Source: Leptogorgia sarmentosa | Taxonomy: Eukaryota | Assembly (NCBI GenBank): GCA_964658305.1 | Contig: OZ210885.1 | Coordinates: 17,484,001 to 17,548,000, forward strand | Length of the DNA: 64,000 bases | Direction of reading: 5' to 3' | Shown here: one piece after another, positions 25,555-37,900 of the stretch | How positions within the stretch are numbered: the first letter of the stretch is position 1 | How the letters are laid out: every line of letters starts with the position of its first letter | The notes under the pieces: model-generated | Databases searched by the model: none | The model's input: only the letters and a program-made list of their open reading frames with translations | Told to the model about the DNA's origin: nothing | Position numbers and translations under genes: made by a program

Positions 25555-28160
25555 TCGGGCGAGTCAAGTGGATAGCAAAGATTGAGGGAGAAAAACCCCA
25601 GTAATACCTGGGGCAGAGCGGATGTTACCAGCTAACACCTCAATCGACAGAATGTACAATAACAGAGAAAGTAGACAACCCTCCCGCACACCCCGTGAAG
25701 GGCGAAAAAAGGAGGAGGTCCAGCAATTGATTACACCAGCCGATTCAACATCGGAGTAAAACAACTTTACCCATCGGCAAAAATCTGGACCAAAATTCAT
25801 AGTAACCCCAATCTACCCGATCAAATGCTTTATCTTGATCCAAAGAGAGGAGAGCGAGGGGAATGTCCTCACGCTCGGCATACTCAATTAGATCCCGGAT
25901 CAGTAAGAGATTCTCTGAAATAGTACGGCCTGGAACACCGCATGTTTGGTCTGGCCCCACAACAGACCCGATGACGCCTAGGAGACGACCCGAAATAGCC
26001 TGAGTAGCTATTTTATAGTCGGCATTGAGCAGACTAATCGGCCGCCAGTTCTTTGTCTCCAAGCGGTCATTCTTTTTGTATAATACAATGATCAGACCTT
26101 GACGCTGAATCAAAAGGGTCGTGGCGAACGGAACCGGTATGGGGTCTCGAATGGAGTGCATCTCCTGCTTTGCATGACGCTTAGTGGCTAAATTGTGAAA
26201 AAAGGAGGAAGTTTCCCCCTCCTCAGCCCACTGACAGCGAGCACGAACTTGTGCCCCTCTCGCTTCATGCAAAGCAGTGCCTTGGAGCTCTTCCTGTACT
26301 TCGCAAAGCTTAGTGAATGCAGAGGTATCCCCTGCTTCAAAAAGACGTTGCAGTCGTTGCATTTGCTTGGTCAGGAAGGATTTATGCTCGCGCCGGTCCA
26401 GCTCCTTTGACCGACTAAAAGTCTGTGTCACTTCTTGAAGGTAGAATTTCCCTTGGTCCCACCAATTCAAAATGGAGGGAAAGGCCTCAGGTGTATAATG
26501 GGCCTGGCAGAAGGACCAAAATGAAGTGACAAGGGAGCAATAATTTTCATTGTCCAGGAGGGATGTGTTAAACTTCCACACTCCAGGACCACTAACAATA
26601 CGATCACCAAATTCGAACTTGACCAGCAAGTACTGATGATCGGATAAAAAGGAGGGATGATATTCACATTCCCTAATAGACTGTTCCATCACCATGTCGA
26701 TGTGCGATGCAAAGGTTCCAGACCCGTGGGTCCAGGAATAAGCCGTCTGCATGGGATGTAATGTACGCCACACCAGATATGTCTGGGTATGAAATAGTAG
26801 AGCCTGCAAAGGAGTCACTTTCCTGGGCGCGTGAAGAGGCAGCACCAGTGTAAGAAGCATGTCGAAGCCTATTCCGATCCTTGTATACCACAGAATTAAA
26901 ATCACCACAAACAAATGTTGGCCTTGGTAAGATCAATTAAACCAGGAATTGAAGAGAAAAAAGCGTTGTGAGGCAGATTCTTATTTGGGGCATATAATGA
27001 GGCGAAACTTAGCTGATCCTCCCCAAAATCAACCAAGACTTGGACAAACTGCCCATTATCGTCTCGAATCACCTGTTTAACCTTGTGCCAATCTTTAATA
27101 AGAATAGCCGTACCACAACGCTTATTTGGAACTGACGACGAGACAACTCGAAAGCCAGAATTAGCGAACCACTTCCTAATGGATTCGTGCGAAGGAGGAT
27201 GCGTTTCTTGCAAACATGCTACATCCACCTTTATACACTTTAACCAATCCACCAGGGTGGTTCGTTCAATACGGTCGTTAAGACCATTGATATTAATGGA
27301 CAACAGACTCGCCATCAGAATCTGATGTCCCTGTGGGCAGCTCACCAAAAAGGAGCTCCTCAAGTTCATGCACATCACTAACCGACGTGCATGTCGAAGA
27401 TGCACCGACCTCACTGACATCATCGCAGGGACCAGACAGTGAGGCTTCATGGATCGATGCCAGTGCCTCGAAAAGATCAAGGGACCACTCAGACTGTTGG
27501 GACGAGACATCCACTGCAGGAGGATCCTGTGAAGCAGCATTATCGTCATCCACAGCAGCCTGAGGAAGCACAGGAGCATCATCCATATGCTCCGGGGATC
27601 CGACTGGCTCATTAGAGGCAATAGCAGGCGCAGATTCATGAGCGACGCTAGGATCTCAAACACTTGTCCACGTCAGCTTCCACCTCCATGGCATCAGGAC
27701 TCGGAACTCCAGCCACACGCTAACATTAGACGGGCTCGAAGTAGCAGGAGCAGACTGGCATACCCTCTTGCATGTTATACTCTCCTCATCCTCACTACTC
27801 GAGGAGGAAGAGAAAAAGGAACATCCCTGGCGGAGTTGGCCCTAACACCCTTAGGTGACCTGGAAGATGACTTGCCAAGGGGACGTAGGTGTGTTCCTGA
27901 GCATAGATCCTCTACTGCAAGGGTGAAGAACCTGACACGACAAAGACGGTCGCGTCAGGTAAGTATGACTTCAGGTCGCATACGATTACCTTTTATACGC
28001 TGCAACCGCGAGGAATGCTTGTGGAACGAATGCTTTGGGGATGAGTTTGTCGTCTGTTGGATCGATCGATCGGGCTGCTCCGTGTTTGCACGTTCCGAGA
28101 ATTCTCGACCATATTCAATACGAGTTTACAAAAAAAATCCATGAATGTAAATCTCGTGAA
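25555..28160 (-). mobile_element. Tx1/L1-clade non-LTR retrotransposon, degenerate copy 1
   Basis: EN start MASLLSININGL..CLQETH, LYAPN, GDFN, SDH, GPGVWKFN, ARCQWAEEGE, NWRPISLLNADYK, DQDKAFDRV, GVREGCLLS; frameshifts and deletions. Confidence 0.85.
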
Positions 28161-28228
28161 CAGCGATGCTGCTTTGTTGGCCAGCAAGCTACCTAAGTCT
28201 ATTATAACATGAATGTTAGGCTGCTGCT

Positions 28229-30398
28229 TACCATGCAAGTATAATCTTATAGTCCGTGCACAGCAGCGAAATAGGCTGCCAATTCTTGGTATCCAATTTA
28301 TCATTCTTCTTATACAGCAGGGCAATAAGACCGGTACGCTGTGAAAAAGACAAGGAACCACGAGAAATACACACATTGTACACGTCTACCAAGTCACTGC
28401 CAAGCATGTCCCAAAAATGTAAATAGAACTCGTACGGAAGCCCATCAATACCGGGAGACTCAAAGGGCAACCAAACACTCCTTGACCGATACATCTCCCT
28501 CACACAGAGCAGCCTCAGGATCCGGCAATTTACGATCCAAGGAGTCCAGAAAGAAGTCCTGGTCACAGGGAGACAGTACTGCAGCTGTAAACAACTGTAT
28601 ATAGAAAATACACCAAACATGGATGATGGCGGAGATGGACCGTACCACCACGCCTTGAGCATTGCGAATGCCAGTGAAAAGCCGCCATAAGGATTTGGTT
28701 TTCACAAGCTGAAAGAAGTACGCCGAAGACGTCTCACCTTCTTCTGCCCATCGGTTCTTTGCCCGCAGCCGAGCACCATGAGCCTGATGGGAATGCTCCA
28801 ATTGAAGAGAAGCTTTAACATCTGCAATCAGATATATTAAAATAGGGTCAACTACAGTATTAAAATCCCCACAAACAAAGGTGCTTACAGATGGTTCAAT
28901 GTGAGGAACAGCCGCCTGAAAAAAGGCTTCGCCGTCAATTTTACGGTTAGGGTCATATAAATTAACCACCTGAAATGGCGTCGACTCATTGGCCACAGAA
29001 GAAAAATGAACTATGGAATCAGCATGAATTCGACCTATGGAATCAGCATACTGCTGAACCACTTGCAACAATGGGCAATACAAAACAGCCACACCTCGAC
29101 TCCGGCAGGTACCAGGAGAGGACACCCATGAATTTCCGAGGGAATTATTACCCGAGTCCGACTGTGATTTGATCCAAGATGAAAATTCTTCCGAAGAGGT
29201 GGCATGGGTTTCTTGCAAGCACACCATGTCGGGCTTCACACACGCCAACCATGAAAAGAAGGCAGAGCGCTTAAAAGAGTCTCGTTAGCGAGACTAGGGA
29301 CAAAGACCCAAACAAATTATCTTGATTATTGACTGCCATTAAAATCTGTATATATTACCAACACGTACTTGCGCGACTCAAGCGAAGTCTGACGCCTGAG
29401 TGTCCCCATACATACTGACATTCACATCATTGAAAGAAAATTCATCGGAGGAAACCTCTGGTCTATTAAAAGTAATCCTATCTTGTGTATCACAAGGCAG
29501 GTTCAGGGTAAACTGTGTTAAGAGGGATGTTCTAGATTCATTAGTCGGTGTAACGGAAACAAGTTCAGGAGAGAAAGGAGGTGTAGACATGGCGACAGAG
29601 CGGCCAGGCCGAGCCTGAATCCTATCATCCCCTACAATATCAGAATCCTTGTCGCGAGCGGACTCACAAGAGGATACAGACAACCTGCGTTGATCCTTAC
29701 TCAAGGGAGAATGGTAAAAAGATCGAGGACGGGAGGTGAAAGTGTTGGATCATCCTCGTCATCCTCACCAGGCAACGGGATACCTGCGGCATAAGACAGA
29801 TGTGAAGACGCCAGAACAGAGGCAGAAGAACCCGCAAGGGAAGGCAAAGACTGCTCAACAGAATTCAAAGGCTCCCTCACGGAAGCCACAGACTTGTGCG
29901 CCGGAGCCAAAGGCCCCACCACCGGAGCCGAGGACTCCACCAGGGGAGCCGAAGACCCCACCTCCGGAGCTGAGGACTCCACCACGGGAGCCGAAGGTTC
30001 AACCTCAACAGGGAGAAGCACAGAGGCAAGCAAATCATTGACCACCCCTGTCACGTCTGGAACCACAGGTTCGTCACAACATCCAGAACAGGAGCATCAG
30101 GCGTAGTTCCAGCGGAGGACCCCTCAACCGAGTCATTCACTCCACCAGCAACAACCGATGCAAAAGATACTCCTGGAAGAACTTCTATGGGCCTCAGACC
30201 GGACAATCCCTGGCACGGCCGGGAGAGATTAACCTACTTATATGTGCTAATAGGCTGATATTGAACAGGATGCCCCCGAACGAGACAACCTGCAGCTTCA
30301 AACACCTCAAGCTTGCGGGAACTCTTACATGTAAGCCGGTACTGCCCGGGAGACAGAAGCACAACGGCTTCAAAGATATCATTGTAGGCCTCAAACTG
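28229..30398 (-). mobile_element. Tx1/L1-clade non-LTR retrotransposon, degenerate copy 2 (ORF1 remnants, EN, start of RT)
   Basis: CLQETHA, NLYDPN, VCGDFN, WAEEGE, SPGIDGLPYEFY, NWQPISLLCTDYK; ORF1 with a Zn-knuckle remnant (GRARDCP) and 21-bp tandem repeats at 29900-30000. Confidence 0.82.
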
Positions 30399-30585
30399 TG
30401 ATCACCGAAGTTAAGCCTAGGTGGGCAAAGTTAGTACTTGGATGGGTGACCACTTGGGAATACTTTGTGTTGTAGACTTGCTTCATTTTATTGTATGTGT
30501 GTTTGTAAATAGGTTTGCTTTCAATTTCAACTTCAGGGTTTTGTTATTGTTACACGTTTAAAAAGTGTCACTTCCATCAAGAAAT

Positions 30586-30704
30586 GTCTACGACCATACC
30601 AGTAGGAAAATACCGGTTCTTGTCTGATCACCGAAGTTAAGCCTAGGTGGGCACAGTTAGTACTTGGATGGGTGACCACTTGGGAATACTTTGTGTTGTA
30701 GACT
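30586..30704 (+). rRNA. 5S rRNA gene or variant copy
   Basis: GTCTACGACCATACC...GATCACCGAAGTTAAGC...AGTACTTGGATGGGTGACC...GGGAATAC...GTTGTAGACT, 119 nt. Confidence 0.8.
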
Positions 30705-30914
30705 CGCTTCATTTTATTGTATGTGTGTTTGTAAATAGGTTTGCTTTCAATGTAAACTTCAGGGATTTTGTTATTGCTACATCTGGAAATACTTTGTATT
30801 GTTGTTTTGCTAAATTTTATTTAATGCCTATTTGTAAATATAATTCCTTTCAATTTCAACTTCAGGGTTTTGTTATTGTTACACGTTTAAAAAGTGTAAC
30901 TTCCATCAACAAAT

Positions 30915-31033
30915 GTCTACGACCATACCAGCAGGAAAATACCGGTTCTTGTCTGATCACAGAAGTTAAGCCTAGGTGGGCAAAGTTAGTACTTGGATGG
31001 GTGACCACCTGGGAATACTTTGTGTTGTGGACT
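30915..31033 (+). rRNA. 5S rRNA gene or variant copy
   Basis: Same 119-nt 5S consensus with a few substitutions. Confidence 0.78.
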
Positions 31034-31141
31034 TGCTTCATTTTATTGTATGTGTGTTTGTAAATAGGTTTCCTTTCAATGTAAATTTCAGGGATTTTGT
31101 TATTGTTACACGTTTAAAAAGTGTAACTTCCATCAACAAAT

Positions 31142-31260
31142 GTCTACGACCATACCAGTAGGAAAATACCGGTTCTCGTCTAATCACCGAAGTTAAGCCT
31201 AGGTGGGCAAAGTTAGTACTTGGATGGGTGACTACCTGGGAATACTTTGTGTTGTAGACT
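31142..31260 (+). rRNA. 5S rRNA gene or variant copy
   Basis: Same 119-nt 5S consensus; helix I GTCTACGAC/GTTGTAGAC intact. Confidence 0.8.
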
Positions 31261-31470
31261 TGCTTCATTTCATTGTATGTGTGTTTGTAAATAGGTTTGC
31301 TTTCAATGTAAACTTCAGGGATTTTGTTATTGCTACATCTGGAAATACTTTGTATTGTTGTTTTGCTAAATTTTATTTAATGCCTATTTGTAAATATGAT
31401 TGCTTTCAATTTCAACTTCAGGGTTTTGTTATTGTTACACGTTTAAAAAGTATAACTTCCATCAACAAAT

Positions 31471-31589
31471 GTCTACGACCATACCAGTAGGAAAATACCG
31501 GTTCTCGTCTGATCACCGAAGTTAAGCCCAGGTGGGCAAAGTTAGTACTTCGATGGGTGACCATTTGGGAATACTTTGTGTTGTAGACT
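31471..31589 (+). rRNA. 5S rRNA gene or variant copy
   Basis: Same 119-nt 5S consensus. Confidence 0.8.
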
Positions 31590-31690
31590 TGCTTCATGTT
31601 ATTGTATGTGTGTTTGTAAATAGGTTTGCTTTCAACTTCAGGGTTTTGTTATTGTTACCCGTTTAAAAAGTGTAACTTTCACAAACAAAT

Positions 31691-31809
31691 GTTGACTACC
31701 TTACCAGTGGGAAAATACCGGTTCTTGTCTGATCACCAAAGTTAAGCCTAGGTGGGCAAAGTTAGTACTTGGATGGGTGACCACCTGGGCATACTTTGTG
31801 TTGTAGACT
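31691..31809 (+). rRNA. 5S rRNA variant copy with diverged 5' end (likely pseudogene)
   Basis: 5' GTTGACTACCTTACC breaks helix I; the rest matches 5S. Confidence 0.65.
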
Positions 31810-31916
31810 TGCTTCATTTTATTGTATGTGTGTTTGTAAATAGGTTTGCTTTCAATTTCAACTTCAGGATTTTGTTATTGTTACCCGTTTAAAAAGTGTA
31901 ACTTTCACAAACAAAT

Positions 31917-31987
31917 GTTGACTACCTTACCAGTGGGAAAATACCGGTTCTTCTCTGATCACCGAAGTTAAGCCTAGGTGGGCAAAG
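31917..31987 (+). pseudogene. 5' part of a 5S copy split by the Mutator element (3' part at 39423-39474)
   Basis: 5S sequence stops at GTGGGCAAAG and resumes with the same 10-mer at 39423. Confidence 0.9.
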
Positions 31988-34900
31988 GGGTTGGGATAAA
32001 ACGCGGAAACGGAATGCGGAACGGAATGACGGAAGCGGATTCCGTAAGCGGATTCTGCAAATGAGGATAAAACGCGGATTCCATAAGCGGATTCCGCAAA
32101 TGAGGATAAAACGCGGAATCTGTAATCGGATTCCGCAAATGAGGATAAAACGCGGAATTGTGCAAAAACGATTGGGGAGTAGATAAAAACCTAAATTATC
32201 AACGATCGTGAACGGTCGATGTCTTCCCTGCCCGCTTTTTGCCTAGTTTATGACAAATTTGAATATATAAACTACGCTTACTCCCAACCCAAACTTGAAG
32301 TCACTAACGGAATTTTATAGGGGAATTCCCCCTAGCCATTTTATTGTCATGATTATTAACTTTAACAAAATTATTAACAATAACTTCTCCCTATGTACAA
32401 TTTTAACAATTGTTTAAACTTTTAAAAAAGTTAAAATTCAATTCAATAAATGATGGTTTTGAAAATCTGTATTTCGCGAAAATTAATGCCCTTTTTCTAT
32501 TTTCGGTCATCAAAATCGCGAAAATAAAGTCTAGCTAAATATGGCTTCGACAAAATCGCGAAATTAAGTACGCGCGCAATTAAGTACGAATAAGGTATGT
32601 CGGGTATTTCGAAAAGCTTTAAGCTACCGGCTCTTAGCCTTGCTAAAAGGAGGAAAATTGCACATGGATTACCTATATTTAATTGGGAAGATGTCAAGAA
32701 CCTTCAACCTCTTGCTGGCGGAAGCTTTGGCTATGTGTACTGTGCGAATTACGACTTTAGCGACGGAGACAGGAAGGTTGTCGTGAAAAAGTTACGAGGA
32801 GAATCAAGTGAAGCTGAAAATCGTTTTATAAAAGAAGCTGAAATACTGCATTCGATTAATAGCGCGAACTTTCCCAAATTCTATGGATTTGCAAATGATC
32901 CTTACGGACTCATGATGGAATATGCAGCATTCGACTTTAAGCCTTTTGGTTTGGATAAAGCAGTAAGCAACTTAGAAGATTTATATGCCTTCATTGATCG
33001 TGAGTTTGATTTTACATCATTTTCGGACATCATTCCGGTATGCTTAAGAGATGTTGTAAATGCGTTGAAAGTTCTGCATGACATGGATATTGCGCATCGT
33101 GATTTAAAACCTAACAATGTCCTTGTTTCAAATCAACATTATTGCCTTAAATCGTCATTTGTTTCGGAATATGAGCGTAATCCTATCGTTTGTAAAATTG
33201 CTGATTTCGGCTTGAGCAGATCGTTAAAAATGCAAACTCGTTCGATTATTCAATCTCGTACCAACGAAATTTGCCGAGGAACACGGGATTATATGGCACC
33301 TGAAATTATTACAGGAAAATTACAGAAGGCTTCTATAACCGATTTAAAGAAAACGGATATTTGGTCGCTCGGTGTGCTGTCATTTGCTGTAATAAATCCT
33401 AATTTAAACACCCCTTATCGTAAAGTGATTGACGAATTAGGTGTCAACTTCGGCCTAGATGCGATGAAGGAAATTATGGTCAACCAAAATCTACCTGTAT
33501 ATGATAATAAATACGAGTCAATTCGTGTGGTCGAATGGTGGCAAGCAGAAGAATTGTTTTCTAGATGTTGCACATTTAATCCCGATTTACGACCGTCCGT
33601 TGAAGAGCTTGTTCCCGTTGTGAACATTAATGACCCTGAGGCGTCCTTGGACATAACATCACTCGGTCTAAGCCAGAACTCTGCCCTGGAAATGGCAAAT
33701 GATATGATTTTACAACAACCTCTCATGACCACACCCACGGGATATCTTGATGATGAAATGCGTCCTGAAAATGATGGAACCAACGCCTGCACTTTTCTTG
33801 CACTTGCTATATGTGATTCATTATTTGAAACCCTGCAAGGAAAGGATAGCAAATCGCACTATCATGGATGGAGATCGCAACATTAGCAGATAATATCATC
33901 AGAAATTTCCCAAGGAGCATCAACCACCTTAGAAACCCATCAAAAACGTACGACATATCGGAAGCGAGGGTCATACTTGAATCAAACAATCTGCTCTCGA
34001 AGAAATACCAACTGACCAAAGAATGTGTATCTGGCAATGGCTTTCGCTCTGCAATTGGAAGAAATGAACTATGTTCCGCGTTAAGCCGTGTTTCATCGGA
34101 CCCAAACATGAAGTTCGGAGTATACACGTGTCCTCCATATGCAATTGTGATAGGAGTTCATGAGAATTCCATCTTTCTACTGGATACGCATCCAATTGGT
34201 GAAGAGCTAGGGGGTAGGGGGAACGGAATCCTGGTGGCGACTAAGGATAAAAGCATGGCCTCATGTAAAACGATAACGCAATGGCTGCTGAAACGTTTGA
34301 AAGTCAGCGGTGTGAATGAAAAAACACCACAAAGTTTAGTTTGGCTGATTGAAGATCCTAATAAAGGTATGAACATTTCTTACTAATAAATAATGCGCAC
34401 GCGTGCTGTATTTACATGATCGCAGTGGCAAACCAACCCATAATTAATTTAATTTCTTTTGAATTTGAAAGGGTAACTTTTTTTATCCTCTGTATAACAC
34501 TTTTAATGGGTTATAACTGATTTAAATGAACAGGAAAAGTGTGTTGTCCATATTTATTAGGGTCAATTAATTTTTTTTAGGTTGCAACATAAATGGCATT
34601 ACTAGTAGTTTTAACGATGAAGCCATTGGTGAACGAAATCAAACGTACGAAACTGTTGGTGATGAATATGTTGTTGAACAGGATGAAGAAGAAGTCTCTA
34701 GGTATGCCTAGTTAACCCGAGCTAACTAATGTTCAGGCAGATTTCCATTCAGTGGCTTTTTTGGAGTATTTTAAGTTTTAGTCTGTCGAGACTACAGTTT
34801 CCAAAGCAAGCAACCCTGAATATGGGTTTATAATATTATAATAATAATAATATAACATTATTTTGTAGCTATACCCCTTCGAATGTTATTCATCGTGAAG

Positions 34901-37900
34901 AGAGTGATGATCAGATAACTAATGTAAGTGAGAAAAACCAAGCTTTAATTGCTATAAACGGTTCTTTTTTACCAACAGCTAGGGCTGTAGCTGAAAAGTT
35001 ATTTTGATTGACCGTTGATTTGCCCTACAGATTTCTTTCTTTTAAGAATGATCAATTTGAATTCGATTTGAAAAGAAACTTGCCAGGCAGAACATGAATA
35101 TACGAATATCACCATCCCCCATGAGTTAATGTTCTAGCTACGGCCTTGTTTACTGATACATCTCTATTTTTACAGTCATTTACCCGACGTTCGGGCGCTA
35201 GTCTAGTCCCGGCGGATATGATCACAACTTCACGATGTCAGAGCTTCCGACAAAGCATAACTCCAGATAGTGAACGAAACCAACCATCCAGTCTATCTGT
35301 AAATGATGACGACGACTTAGAAATAACAATGGTTCGATCGATAGATTCCTCAAACAGGTAATAATTATCGTGTGCATGGTTGAGGGTTGTGATAGATGAA
35401 TGTGGTCCTTGCCGATACAAAGCATAAACATAATGACATGCGTTTATTTTCTTAGAAACGTTGGAGAATTTTATAATGGAAAAGAAACACTCCCCGTCTT
35501 CGATTGGAATCCCGAAGAGAAAACGCCAATTGAGATATTTGACATATTGATGAAGCCCGCCGAAGAATTAACCACGTGCACAAGTGTTCCTAGTTTGATA
35601 TCACATAATGTGTGCCTTCTTTTGGATGTGAGGAACCTCCCGTCGAAAAACGATTGGAAATCAGACGATATGGGCTCGTGGAAGAATAATGGTGTGCAAC
35701 ATCTTCGTTATCATGTGGGTGAAGACGAGGACGTCATGTTGGAGACTGATGAAAGCAGGGAGAAAGCTGGAACGATTGTTACAATGAAGCGAATTTATTA
35801 CAAAAATAACTCCTCGCCAGACGTTAAAAAGATTGCATCATTCTTGGAAGGTATGTATTATCAACCAAGCATGCTCCAAGATTTTTCGTACTTTTACGAG
35901 AACTTGCCAAGAACTGTCTCTTTTTGTTTTTTGATAGAGCATTCCCATCTCGTCTTTCTTCAATATATATTCAGCGACGTAGAGCATTCAGTAGATCCAT
36001 CTCCGCACGGAAACTGTAAGCGGGCGCACTCCTATGGCTATGTGCGTACCAAAGAAAGTACCGTCAAAAGATTACAAAGTGAATCATCCAATCAAACACC
36101 CAAACCAGCTTATCACAATGTTTATAATGCCAAGGGTGGAATCATGAATGCTGATGCCATAAGCGACCTACCCAGGAACCGTGCACAAGCTAAATATTGG
36201 CGGCGCGAACACACCCAGCAAAGTATGGCAACGAATGTGGATTCCCTGATCGTCCTGTTAGAGCAGTGTAAACGACAACAAATCAATCGGGATGAACAGC
36301 CATTCATCAGGGAGGTAACAGGCGCACCAGAGTTAAGATGTGTCTTGGCATTCGATTGGCAACTTCGTGATTTGGCCACATTCTGCACGGATCCTCGTGG
36401 GATGTCTGTTGTTGGAGCTGACCCAACGTTTAATTTGGGACGATTTAATGTAACCGTAACTTCTTACCAAAACCTCAAAGTCATAAATCGAGTTAATGGC
36501 AAGCATCCAACAATGATCGGCCCCCTTCTGATCAGTCAAACAAAATCCTTTGACGTGTACAACTACTTCTTTGGAAAAATCATCAGCCTGAATAAAGATA
36601 CTCGGGAAGTCATGGCATTTGGAACGGATGGTGAGGAGGAGCTGTACAGAGCAATGGCATTTAATTTCCCCTATGCTATTCACCTTCGATGTTTCAATCA
36701 CTTCAGAGATAACTGCAAAGAGCAACTTAAAAACTCTAACGTACCAGAAGATGCCCAGAAGCAGTTTCTTTCAGATATATTTGGATGTCGTGTGGGAGAA
36801 ACGTGGGAAAAGGGTAAGTAAATTTTGAAATTCTACATGGTGTCGCAAAAAAGAAATAATGCTTAATAAACAATCAGCACATCTAATAGAAAAATGTAAT
36901 CGTAGTTAAATAATTTCAATAAAAATATGTTGTCCATTGACGCCGTCGTCCTCGCTACAGCCGTCTAAGTGACTTCTTATTTTATTGACAGGATTAGTGG
37001 ATGCTGATCAAGATATTGAGGCAAAATTACATTCACTCAAAGAGGTTTGGGATAATATGGAAAGCCAATATCTTCCACAAGGAATTACTCCAAAATTCCA
37101 CGACTATATTCTCGAAAGGGTCAGTTGAAAGTTTAATATACATGAATTTTTAATATACATGAATTTTGGAAGTTGAAAATTGCAAAACTTAATGTATTTT
37201 ACAACGTTTAAGCGTGATTGTGATGATCTTGTCATGGAGGCGAAACTTGAATTTACAGTAATTATTTTTTTTACTTTTGTTCTCTCTACTCTGCATTTTT
37301 TAGAAAGATGTGTTAATTAATTGTTTGTCAAAGGAAGCTCGTCAGCGTGCAGGCCTGGGAAACCCTCCCGCACCATACTACAATAACATTCCTGAGTGCG
37401 CCAATGTGCTTATTAAGCGGAGTGTTGGATTCAAAGAGAATGAGATTACCAGATTTTGCCAGGAGATGAGCGTTATGTTATCCCGACAAAAAGTTGATGT
37501 TGAATCGGCAATACTCAACCATGGGCCATATCGAGTAGCACCACAGTTTGCTCATCTGGAGGTCTCACAACAAGTATGGTTTTCGAAAAGCACCGCACAA
37601 AAGGAGTCTTGTGTAGCGAAATTTCATAACGCTAAAATGTCTGGTGATGGATTCCAAGCTGATGACGCATCCCAACGACAGACAGCAGCCCAAATCGAAG
37701 CGCGAGTACAGCTGACAGTTGATCTGAAATCGCAAGGAATTACATCCATAAATCCAACAACTCTACAGTACATAGCAGAGAAGGCGGAAAATATCTTGAA
37801 TAATGATAACGCAATCGTACAGGCACCTGGATCGGCTAATGGTACTGCATTCCTTGTTGAAAGTACCACGATGGTCCGTCCACATTATGTTACGAAAGCC

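Noticed and set aside
29701..30106. Pro/Ser-rich repetitive ORFs on both strands
   Set aside because: They derive from a 21-bp tandem repeat in the low-complexity part of the Tx1 ORF1.
30399..31987. Short ORFs repeated in the array (MGKVSTWMGDHLG...) and a possible SINE3 interpretation
   Set aside because: The ORFs are incidental translations of 5S sequence. Units are head-to-tail full-length 5S plus spacer, with no LINE-derived tail or individual TSDs.
32597..33886. Stand-alone host protein kinase gene
   Set aside because: It is enclosed by the Mutator TIRs and splices in phase to the transposase exons.
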